DNA from: Felis catus
Lineage: Eukaryota
Direction: 5' to 3'
Length of the DNA stretch: 64,000 nucleotides
Assembly (NCBI RefSeq): GCF_018350175.1
Contig: NC_058381.1
Span: forward strand, 2,480,001-2,544,000
The translations under genes and the position numbers were made by a program. Positions 53,316 through 64,000 of this stretch are shown in pieces. Under the pieces are notes generated by a model that searched no databases, had not been told where the DNA came from, and saw only the letters and a list, made by a program, of their open reading frames with translations. Positions within the stretch are counted from its first letter, which is position 1, and each line of letters opens with the position of its first letter.

Positions 53316-54573
53316 GTTCAAGAACCTTTGACAGGTGTCCTGTCAAAGAACCACCAGCCAAACTCTGTCATCTGATTCTAATTCCAGGGTGGTATGCCAT
53401 CAGACACCTTTGCTTGTTCCTTTCGGCTGTTGCCTCTGGGGGACTAGAAACTTCCTCAGTGCAGCCACGTTATCTGTTGTGCTCACCTCAGTAATGTAGG
53501 TAATGCCAGATGCCTTGCGTCTGGTTGGGCTCTCTAACTGTAAGTGAATTGTCGTGCCCAAGCCATGAGCAAGCGGGCTGTGAGCGGTCCAAGGGGCAGG
53601 CGAGTTCAGAGGGGTGGTCCCAGTCCGGGCCGGGGCACTTGCCACCATCTCGTGACATCTTCCCTGACTCCAAGTTTATCAGCTTTGCGAGAAAACACAC
53701 CTGCCGTGTGGGTCCAGGTTCATTGCTTTTTTGTTGCTGTCTCGTAGGGCCTTGACAAACTATCACCCCCCACCCTCGTCCCAAGCAGCTTTTTCCATTA
53801 TAATCTCCCTTAACATCCGCCTCCACCTGCGTGGGATCCAGGGCGCGCTTTCTTGTGGGTTCGGTTTGTGAAATCCTTTCAAGCGCCTCGTCTCATTTGT
53901 CTCGGTCACCTGACAGGCGAGGAAGCCCGAGTCCCAGCGAGAGGTGAAGTGAATTGCGTGCCCGACACACAGGCGAATGAATGAGCTTTTATTCAAAATG
54001 ACCGTTCAAACGTCTGGGAGTAAGATGCTTACTTCGTCACAGACGACTCTGCAGAGCCCTCTTTTGTAATCAGTTAAGGCTGGAGGTGCAGATTTGGGTT
54101 GACAAAAGTCCTTGGATTAAGAGGTTGGCAAAGGGCTACCTGTCACGGCGGCTAACGCTGGCTGACGGGGGTATTGGCTACGCACGTGCGTGGAAGGAAG
54201 CAAGAGAGGGCCCCAGGGGGGAGTGATCCCAAACATTTGCTTTGTGGGGACGGACCAGGACCCCTTCTCCATCAGTGATCAAAAGAACTTTGAGATTTTA
54301 TGGAAGGGAGCTCAAGAGAACGGGGAGGGGGCTCAGAAGTCAGAAGGGTTGAAATTGCACTGTTAACACTTGCTGGGTGACTTTACCTATGTTAACAGGC
54401 TAGCCTTTTGGCTTCCTCCCATGCAAGGCACTGAGTTTTTGTGTGTTTAGTGAAAGGTCCCCAGGACCAGGGAACATGGAGCAGCTGTAGCAGACAGATC
54501 ACGGGCTCGGGAGCCGGACAGGCTAGGCCGGCATTCCAGGCGCACCACCTAATATTCGCAGGATTTGGGGAGG

Positions 54574-54594
54574 TGAGGGTTAGGGTTAGGGTTA
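54574..54594 (+). repeat. Short telomere-like repeat tgaggg(ttaggg)2tta within a MIR-like element
   Basis: Read directly; flanks resemble the MIR core (ttacttaagctctcggagcc). Confidence 0.75.
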
Positions 54595-55916
54595 CTTAAG
54601 CTCTCGGAGCCTTAAGTGTCCTTTGCTCTAAAACTGCACCTTACTTATTACGGATGATGTAAAGAGCTGAGAAAAGTGACTGGAGCGTAGGAAGAGCCCA
54701 AAATGTGCCACCACGGGGGCTGTGCGGCCACGGTTAAGTCCGAGACTCAGTCCCGCTGGGAGGGACACAGCCCCACAGACAGAGGTCTCCCTCTCTCGGT
54801 CCTGGGCAGCAACTAAATGCTCAACGTTTCTCTCTCGAAAATGCACAATCACTAGGAAACCTTTTCAGAGCAGGTACTCCCCACGGAGAAGAGCCTCAAG
54901 GGCCATTAAATGAAACTGTCAGGAGCGGAACCAGACTTTCCAAATGGCTGGGGAGGCAGGACTTGACATTGATATCCCTGGCGGGAAGGCCATAAACTCA
55001 GCTGGGACTCCAAGGGCAGGCCCACCCCACTACCATCATGACAATGGCTGCTGTTTGTAATCAATCCCCACAGGGGCCCACTGCTTTCCGTGGCTTATCT
55101 CATTAATCCTCTCAAGAAGCCTATAAGGTAGGTGTCATCAGCCGAGGGAACCCGAGGTTAAAGTAATTAAGTCACTCACCCGGGCTCAGGGCCAGGGATT
55201 TGAACCTGGGCTGTCCACAGCCACCTCCAAGCTCTAAATAATTATGTCCCCCCCCACCCCGGGGCTTCATCCAGAGCCTTGTGCCAAAAACATTTGTTTT
55301 GGCTGAAAGCTATTTGATTGGGGGGGGAAGAAAAAAAAAGAGGGTTCTGGAAAGTAGTCAGGGCAGCGTCTGGTAAAACGGAACACCTTACTACTTTGTA
55401 CCGGGAGGCTAGCGCAAAAATGCAAAAATGTTCGTCAGTATGGTTCCCAGATGGCAGGTGATAAGAAACAATGTTACTATCAGCAGGGAGTGGCTAAATG
55501 ACAGTGGTATCCTCACAAGAGAAATTTACTACAGCAATTTAAGGAAATGAATTTATTTGTATATGTGTAACTGGATATAGCTCAGAAACCTGTGTATTAA
55601 AAAATACAATTTGCAGGGCGGGAGGTGGGGAAGAGTCAAACACAGTAAAACATACGTAGTTCATGTAAATTAAAAATACAAAGACTACAGTTGACCCTTG
55701 AACAAGGGTGGGTGGGGGTTAGGGGTACCAACCCCCTGTGCTGTTTGAAAATCCGAGTGTATCTTTTGACTCCCCCCAAGTTTAACTACTAATAACCTAC
55801 TGGTGAGCTATGATCGTTTTGATAGGATAGTAATGGTTTCAGAGAAAGGGGGATATGTATGCTTATGGGGGGGGGTACTGTCAAAGGGTTCTAGCTTGAT
55901 TAATAACAAAAAAAGG

Positions 55917-56110
55917 GGGTGCCCCGGTGGCTCAGTCGGTTGAGCGACTGACTTTGGTCCAGGTCACGATCTCGGTTTGTGAGTTCAAGCCCCACATCGG
56001 GCTCTCTGCTCTCAGCGCAGAGCACGCTTCGGATTCCTCTGCCCTTTTCTCTCCGCCCCTCCCCTGCTCGCGCTGTCTCCAAAAAATAAAAAAATAAAAT
56101 AAAAAAAAGA
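55917..56110 (+). mobile_element. CanSINE
   Basis: gggtgccccggtggctcagtcggttgagc head, A-rich tail. Confidence 0.88.
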
Positions 56111-56424
56111 TGGTAGTCATACGTGTGTAATTAACATACGGACTCAGATAAGACAAAATATTGTTATAATTATTTGGTGTACTTATTCGGTGGGAATAGA
56201 AGTGTTGTGTATTTTTCTAAAATAAAGCTAAAGAAGGAAATGAGATAATACTCTGGACAATTTCACAAACGTATGTCTAGCTGCTCCCCAGAAGCCCACC
56301 AATGTTTCTGAGGCAAAAAATCTACATAAGTCGAAATGCATAATTTTACCATTTAGATAGCAAAATTGGACAAATTGATACAAGCTTGTGACCCAGCCCT
56401 ATCAAGCCCAAGATACTTTGCCAT

Positions 56425-59160
56425 CTTTCCTTCTAACAGTCATACAGCACCATTTATTCACTTTCCTTTCCCCACGGATTCATTTTGGGGCCTTTGTAGA
56501 GGACCATTTGACCACACTCATGTGTCTTTTCCTGGGCTCTAGTCTAGTTCATGGTTGTCGTCCGACTGTAGCTTTATAGGAATCTTGAGGTCAGGTAGTT
56601 TAAGACTTCCAACTTTGTACTACACTTTCATTTCGGAGTCAGCTGATCAATTTCTACAAACGAACCTGCTAGGATTTTGCATGGGACTGAATTAAATCAC
56701 TTTTGACCTCTCAACACTATTGAGTGTTCCATCCATGAATATGGTACTCTGTTATCTACAACTTCCGTAAATTCTCTCAGCAATATTTTGTAGTTTTTAA
56801 TATAGAACTCTCGTCCCTTTTTTTTTTTTCAATTTATCCCCAGGATGCCATGTTTCGGATGTTACTATAAGTGGCATTGTTTTTACAATTCATTTTCTGA
56901 CTTCAGATTCAATGGTTGCTATTATATAAAAATACAGTTTATGTATATTACCTTTAAAACCTGTGACCGTGCTATAATCATTTATCAGTCATGGTAGCTT
57001 TGCTTTTTTAAAGATTTTAGGGGCGCCTGGGTGGCTCGGTCGGTTAAGCATCCGACTTCAGCTCACGGTCCGTGAGTTCGAGCCCCGCGTCGGGCTCTGT
57101 GCTGACCGCTCAGAACCTGGAGCCTGTTTCAGATTCTGTGTCTCCCTCTCTCTCTGCCCCTCCCCTGTTCATGCTCTGTCTCTCTCTGTCTCAAAAATAA
57201 ATAAACGTTAAAAAAATTTTTTTTTTAAGATTTTATTGTTTAAGTAATCTCTACACCCGACGTGGGGCTTGAACTTACAACCCCGAGGCCAAGAGTTGCA
57301 TGCTTTAGCGACTGAGCCAGCCAGGCAGTGCCCTTCATTATAGTTTTTCAATGAATTTTCTATTAGCTTGGCTAACACCTTCAGTACAATGTTGAAGGGG
57401 TGAGAGTCCAATCCTTTTCTATTTCCTGATCTCAGAGGACAAGCATTTGGTCTCTCGCTATTATGTATTGATGGTAACTCGATTGGAGGTGCCTTTGAAC
57501 AGCCTAAGTTTTCCTTTTTCTGGTTTGCTGGGGGGTTGGCTTTTCTTTTTTGTCATGAAAAGGCATTGCATAATGTCAAGTGTTTTTTATGCAGCTGTTG
57601 AAATCATCATAGGATTTTTATCCTTCAATCCATTAATATGGCAAATTACACCGATCGATTTTTTGAATGTTAATCATTGCAGTCTAGAGATAAACTCCAC
57701 TTGGTCAGGATGTATTTATCATTTCTATATACTATCAGATTTGATTTGCTAAAATTTGTCACATTTTTGCATATATATGTGCTAGCAGGAATACGGGTCT
57801 AAATGTTCTTTTCTTGCAATGTCCCCGTCTGGTTTTGGTATCAGGATTCTGAGGATTATCCTAAAATTAGTTTGGAAATGTTACCTCTTCTTTATTCTGC
57901 AAGAGTTTGTGTTAGATTGGTATTGTTTCTTCCTCAAAGTTAGAGAAGAACAAAGGAGAAATAGAATAGAAAATAGCATTAAGGTGGCAGACGTAAACCC
58001 AAATTTTACAATAATTGCATTGCATTTAAATGGGCCAAACGCTCCAATTAAAAGCAATTTAGTGGGGAAAGGAAGGCTGTTAGGAGCTAGGAGAACGGGA
58101 TACCCATATAGGAAAAACCAAAAATAAAAACAAAACCTTGACCCGTATGTCCCATCGTGATAAAAATTATTTTAAAATTAATTAATTATGGCTCATAGAC
58201 CTAAGTATAAAGCCTAAAACCCTAAAGGTTCTAGAGAAAAATATCCTAGAGTATCTCATGACCTTGGGGTCAAGCAAAGGTTTTTCTCAACAGGTCACAG
58301 AAAATCTTTGAAAGATAAAAGAAGAATCTTCTGCTCCTCTTCAACAAATAGGCAAGCAACAGGTCAAACACAGGAGAAAACACTTGACAAAAGACTCCTA
58401 TCCAGGATATATAAAGAACTGCCTGCAACGGAACACAATTTTTAAACAGCACATACACCAACTTAAAGAAATGGGGGGAAAGATGTAAAGAGTCACTTCC
58501 ATTAAGACGTAGGAATGGCCAATAAGCAGGTGGAAATGGATCATAGTGCAGAGGACTGCAAATTAACACCACAACGATGTACACAGTGTTAGGAAGACTG
58601 ACAGACCACGCACATGTGAGGAAGGACAGATCTTGCTGGTGGGAATGTAAAACGGGACAACCGCTTTGAAATATAGGAATTTGCAAGTTTACATCTCCTC
58701 TCTTACCTAGCAATTCCACTCCTAAGTAGTCGTCCAAAAAAAAAAAAATTGTACAAGAATGTTAAAAGCAGCTTTATTAAGAATAGCCCCAAACGGGAAA
58801 CATCTCAAAGGGTCATCATAAGAAGAATGGATAAACAATCCATCGTTTATTCATCCAATGGAGTAGGCTAAATACAAAGCAGCAAAGCATTGATACAAGA
58901 CTGATACACGCAGGAATGTCACACGGGTGAATGGCACAGGCATTACGCTGCAGGCGAGAAGCCTACACAAAGGAGCACATACTGTGTGATTCCATTTACA
59001 GGACGTTCTCCAAAGGGCAAAACTGGTGACAGAACCCAAAGATGAGGGTCAGAGATCGACTAGGAAGAGAGGCACGTCCACCTTCTCCGGGGCGATGACA
59101 ATGTGTATTTTGACGGGCTTTACGCGGTGGTTAGTTGCCACGACTCGTCTAATTGCAGTC
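56425..59160. mobile_element. Old L1 in TP53 intron 1: antisense ORF2 part (~56425-57940, interrupted by SINEs at 57020-57330) followed by a sense ORF2-end/3' UTR part (~58055-59160)
   Basis: Typical L1 motifs: cagcaccatttatt, tcctgatctcagagg (antisense); aattccactcctaagta, catactgtgtgattccattta (sense). Confidence 0.75.
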
Positions 59161-60493
59161 GGCGGAAACGCTACCCCAATTTCGGAACAAGCAGCACGCA
59201 AGCACCGCGCGCGGGGTCCAGGACGCAGCAGGTGCGCCGACCGCGAGCGCAGGCTGGAAACACCGCGCCCCAAGTGACTGACAGGCGGGAGGCCGGCCCC
59301 CCGTCCGCTCGGCTCGGCGGGCCCCGCCCCCTCCAGGCCCGCCCCTTCCGCCCCCGCGACGTTCGCTCTGCGTCCGAAATCGGAATGGCTGGGCTGCAGC
59401 CGGATGCCGGAGAAACCGTGTCTCCGCCACAGACGGACCGCGCATCGTCGCCCGCTTTCACCATTTAATTCTCAAACGTACCCATTCTCGAAAATACCCA
59501 GGGCTTGCCCTCGGCACGCTTTTTAAGACCCCGTCGCACGCAATGGTAGCGTCCGTCCAGATGGCAGGCAACGGGGTGGAGCACACCATTCAAAGAGGGG
59601 GAGGGACTGAGGTTTGCATCAAAACAAATACCCCTTCCCTCCCCGAAGCGGCTGCTAAGTAGCTCGGGAAGGACCAAAAAAAAGTAGAGGAGGGGGCTAG
59701 TAGCCTCCCTCCGCAAGTTAGAGGAGCCTGTCGGAATGACATTTTCTCTCTACGCCCTCTCATCGGGTGCACAGTGAGCTGCTCCGGAAAAAGAAACCGG
59801 AAGCGCTCCTGTAAGTGGCAAAATGTAAATGCAGAGCCAAACAATAACAGGGCTCGTGGGCCTCTCCGGCCCGGACAGTCCTCCCGGGCTTCGCGGGCAA
59901 ATCTCTCGTTGAGCACTTCCCACTTCCACAACTGACAGTCTAATTGGATTTGCTCCATCTAGCGGAGCCGGGGACCGGTTGGAAAGATCACTCCAGGAAG
60001 GACAAAGGTCCGGAAGTTATGGGACCTGAGCAGCTTGGGCTTCCCGGATCATCCCCCGAATAATCATTTCGGAATGGAGCCCGAGGTTCCACCAGGATGC
60101 TGTGGGCCCTAAAATCTCGGATCACGGGTCCCCCAACCAAATTCCGAGATCCGAGCGTCTCATATCCTGATGCTTTGTGCGTCCTATTTCAGGGTTCCCC
60201 ACACCCAGCCCTGGGATGGGGGTGGGGTGGGGGAAGAACCCTTTAGGCCGGCTGAAGGACCCACTCCTCTGTTCAGCTCTGAGTTCGGCTGGTCCTAACA
60301 TCCCCATCATCCACACCGAGGCCTCCCAACATTGCATTCCTATGTCGGTGCCGTCAACCAAGCGTCCATTCCCCCAAATCGCTAAGTCCCCAGTGCCCCA
60401 TCCCCAGACCCCACAATTCTCCCAAGCTGAAAATACACGGAGCCAAGAGCCGGTGACTCAGAGAGGACTCATCTGGCTCAGGCAGGAGCTTAC

Positions 60494-60667
60494 CCGAACC
60501 TCAGGGGAGCGTGTCACCGTCCTGGGAAGCACGCTCCGAGGCCGGACGCCAGAGGACCCCGGAGCCCAGCAGCTACCTGCGCCTAGGATGGTGGCTCTGG
60601 ACTTTTGAGAAGCTCAAAACTTTTAGCGCCAGACAGAGCACATGGGAGGGGAAAATCCCAATCCCAG
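60494..60667 (-). other. TP53: TP53 non-coding exon 1 (5' end approximate)
   Basis: Minus strand ...ggcgctaaaagttttgagcttctcaaaagtccagagccacc...gaggttcgg|GTAAG resembles the mammalian TP53 5' UTR; exon 2 acceptor at 52837. Confidence 0.85.
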
Positions 60668-60715
60668 CAACCCCCGCGAGGCTCCTGGCACAAAGCTGGA
60701 CAGTCGCCATGACAA
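60639..60715 (-). promoter_or_regulatory. TP53: TP53 P1 promoter: E-box CACATG (60639-60644), NF-kB site GGGATTTTCC (60650-60659), NF1-like TGGCA half-site
   Basis: Motifs read directly at the positions known for the TATA-less TP53 promoter. Confidence 0.75.
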
Positions 60716-60904
60716 GTAAGGGCAAGCAGTTCGCCGGGGGGCGGTGGGAGTGAGACAGGATTCTCGTCGTGCTGGTGCTGCAGCTACTTGACACTGGGGT
60801 GGGGAAGTTCGACCAGCCAGAACTGGGAGGGCAGAATCGGTGGAAACCATTTTGGAAGACTCCCGCCACTGTGTCAAATATGAAGGTGGAAGAAAGAAAG
60901 ACAC

Positions 60905-61226
60905 TTGTCATCCCTCTCCCAGATAGCTGGATAGTTTCTTCTCATCGGCTAAAATGCCACCTTTTTAGGAAGGACTTCCTTAATATCCCAATCCAACGTA
61001 TTCCTTCAGATACTCTGTATCACACCATCTTGTTTAATTTCCTTCACAGCCCTTGCCGCTCTCTGCAAAGATGTGTTCCTTGCCTTAAATACACAGCAAC
61101 GTAAGCCTTTTAGGGAGGGCAGAACCCTTGTGCTGCTATCTTACTCATTGTTGTATTTCTCAGTGCCTGGTACAGTACTGGGTCGCAAGGAAGAGCTCAA
61201 TAATAAATACTTACTGAATGAATGAA
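60905..61226 (+). mobile_element. L2-like 3' end fragment between the TP53 and WRAP53 promoters
   Basis: Ends with cagtgcctggtacag...ctcaataataaatacttactgaatgaatgaa, the typical L2 terminus. Confidence 0.6.
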
Positions 61227-61290
61227 AAGAGACGGAAGTGTGAGGAATTTGGCGAATGAGAAGCAAAAGGATCAAAATCAAGTATAGCGC

Positions 61291-61673
61291 TAGCGCCCTC
61301 TTGCAGGTGAGGGGGGAGTAGGTGCTTTAAGAGTGACGGAGGGAGACGGCAGGGGGAGCTCAAGCCCTTCAAACAGAGGCGGAAGCTTTCGGACTACAAC
61401 ACCCAGCAGCCACCGGGAGCCCCAGGGCGTGATGGGTACGGTAAACCCTCGTGACCTGTTACGTGCTTGCCCCGCCCCTCTCCCGGGTCGCCCGCGAAAT
61501 CCGATCGGGAGGCGGAGGTCCAATTGAAAGGTGCGGCCAAATCCCGCGAGAGCGCGTGGCTCTTAGGGACCGAGCGGGTTGAGGAACGCCGAGCTTGCCA
61601 CCTTGGTGTCCCTGTGTCCGCCTCGCCTTCCCGGGGTCTTCCGCCCCCTCCCGGAGGAAGGAGGCAGGCGCAG
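61291..61673 (+). promoter_or_regulatory. WRAP53: WRAP53beta promoter and exon 1beta: CTCF-like site (61291-61308, minus), ZNF143/THAP11-like ACTACAACACCCAG (~61393-61406), donor after 61673
   Basis: Motifs read directly; CpG island; CAG|GTAGGT donor 95 nt upstream of the coding-exon acceptor. Confidence 0.6.
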
Positions 61674-61769
61674 GTAGGTGCTCCAGTTGGGCGTCCGGAG
61701 CCTTGCGAACTCTGCGGCCGGGCGAGGGTTGCCCGGCCGAGGCCAGTGTGGCCGCGCGTCCTCGGCAGC

Positions 61770-62864
<1,095 letters not shown>

Positions 62865-63239
62865 TGATCGCAAACAGAACGTTTCTTCACGAACGTTCAC
62901 AGGTAGCACGTTCTACCCTGGACGCGGAGATATTTAAGGTGGTGTTTGCCCGTTCTTTACCCGTGAATGTGTGTTTTCCATCAAAGAACGGTGGGTCTGT
63001 CGTGGCGGTATTTAGTTGACTTACAGATAATTATTGAACGACTGCCAATGTGTCAGTTACCGTATTTGGTGCCGGCATAAAGTGCTGAAGGAGACAGAAG
63101 AGCTGGTTTGCTGTCTTGTGTGGGAGACAGGCGACAAACGTGGAAACTGACAAACGAGGAAGTTCGTTATAAAGGATAGCAAGTGGTGTGAAGGAAATAA
63201 ATAGAACGAGGAGGAAGTAACCAGAGGACGCCACTTTAC

Positions 63240-63905
63240 TTATGTATTTTAAGTTTATTTAGAGGGAGAGAGCTCGAGCACGAGCGTGCTCAAGTGGAGG
63301 AGGGGCTGGGAGAAGGAGAGAAGAAGCCCAAGCGGGCTCCGCACCGTCAGTGGAGATCCCGACCGCGGGCTCAAACTCATGAACTGTGAGATCGTGATCT
63401 GGGCCAAGATCAAGACGTTTAAGCGAGCCAGCCAGGTGTCCCTAGAGGAGACCGCTTGAGATAAACTGGTCAGGAAGGAGCTCTGAGCAGGAGACGGTTG
63501 AGTTGAGACGTGAAGGGTGATGGGGTCAGTTATGTGAAGAACGTCCCGGGAAGAGGCAATGATTTTACAGAGGCCCAGGGCTAAGAGGCAGCTTTGTGTG
63601 TTCAAGGAATGGAAAGTAGGCCAGTGTGCCTGGACTGAGGCCAGTGAGGGGGAGAGTGTGGTGAGGACGGATTCCACAACCCATATCGGGTTGGATCTGG
63701 TGGGTAGGCCATTTGGGGTTTCTTTGGGAAGCCAGGGGAGAGTTTTAAGACAGAAGAGTGTGGGGCGCCTGGGTGGCTCAGTCCGTTAAGCGTCTGACTT
63801 CATTCAGCCCAGGTGAAGATCTCATGGTTCGTGAGTTCAAGCCCCGCATTGGGCTCTCTGCTCCTTTTCTGCTCTCTGTCTCTCTCTCAAGCATGAATAA
63901 ATGTT
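63240..63905. mobile_element. CanSINEs (~63240-63443 -, ~63762-63905 +) within L2-like sequence in a WRAP53 intron
   Basis: SINE head and body motifs. Confidence 0.8.
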
Positions 63906-64000
63906 AGAAACACACACACACGGAAGAGTGAAGGGATGGCCAAAGTTTAGAGAGCGGATTGTGGTGAGCAAGAGTGAAATCGGGGATCCATCAGGATGCG

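Larger units (their letters stand above)
60440..60715 (+). ncRNA. WRAP53: WRAP53 exon 1alpha, natural antisense exon overlapping TP53 exon 1 (5' end approximate)
   Basis: Donor CAA|GTAAGG after 60715 on + within the TP53 promoter; established WRAP53alpha/TP53 head-to-head overlap. Confidence 0.55.

Noticed and set aside
61467-61769. 101-codon in-frame upstream extension of WRAP53 in the ORF track
   Set aside because: Starts at TTG and requires retention of the 95-nt intron 61674-61768; stop-free frames are common in CpG islands

Overview
This is mammalian genomic DNA from a felid. The p53 protein matches my recollection of domestic cat p53, and the window has dense carnivore tRNA-derived CanSINEs. 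It is orthologous to human 17p13.1. Gene order: probable SOX15 5' end/promoter at the left edge (-), FXR2 (-, 17 exons, exon 8 partly in an N gap), SAT2 (-), SHBG (+), ATP1B2 (+), TP53 (-, complete, 386 aa) and the first coding exons of WRAP53/TCAB1 (+), head-to-head with TP53. I delimited all exons by hand from GT-AG sites and reading frame. I found no new multi-gene system, and most ORFs in the supplied track are spurious. The most interesting signals concern splicing and translation. (1) Two in-frame microexons (27 and 21 nt) with UGC and UAG regulatory motifs lie in ATP1B2 intron 5. (2) The SHBG exon-1 donor has shifted in a way that bypasses a frameshift and removes the usual signal-cleavage region. 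(3) A truncated CanSINE supplies the TP53 exon-9 donor from position +3 onward. (4) An upstream ATG in the WRAP53alpha antisense exon is in frame with WRAP53, alongside an overlapping 3-codon uORF. (5) A 38-bp VNTR multiplies the SAT2 intron-1 branch point. (6) A short telomeric insertion sits in TP53 intron 1. Comparisons with human sequence come from memory and need alignment.
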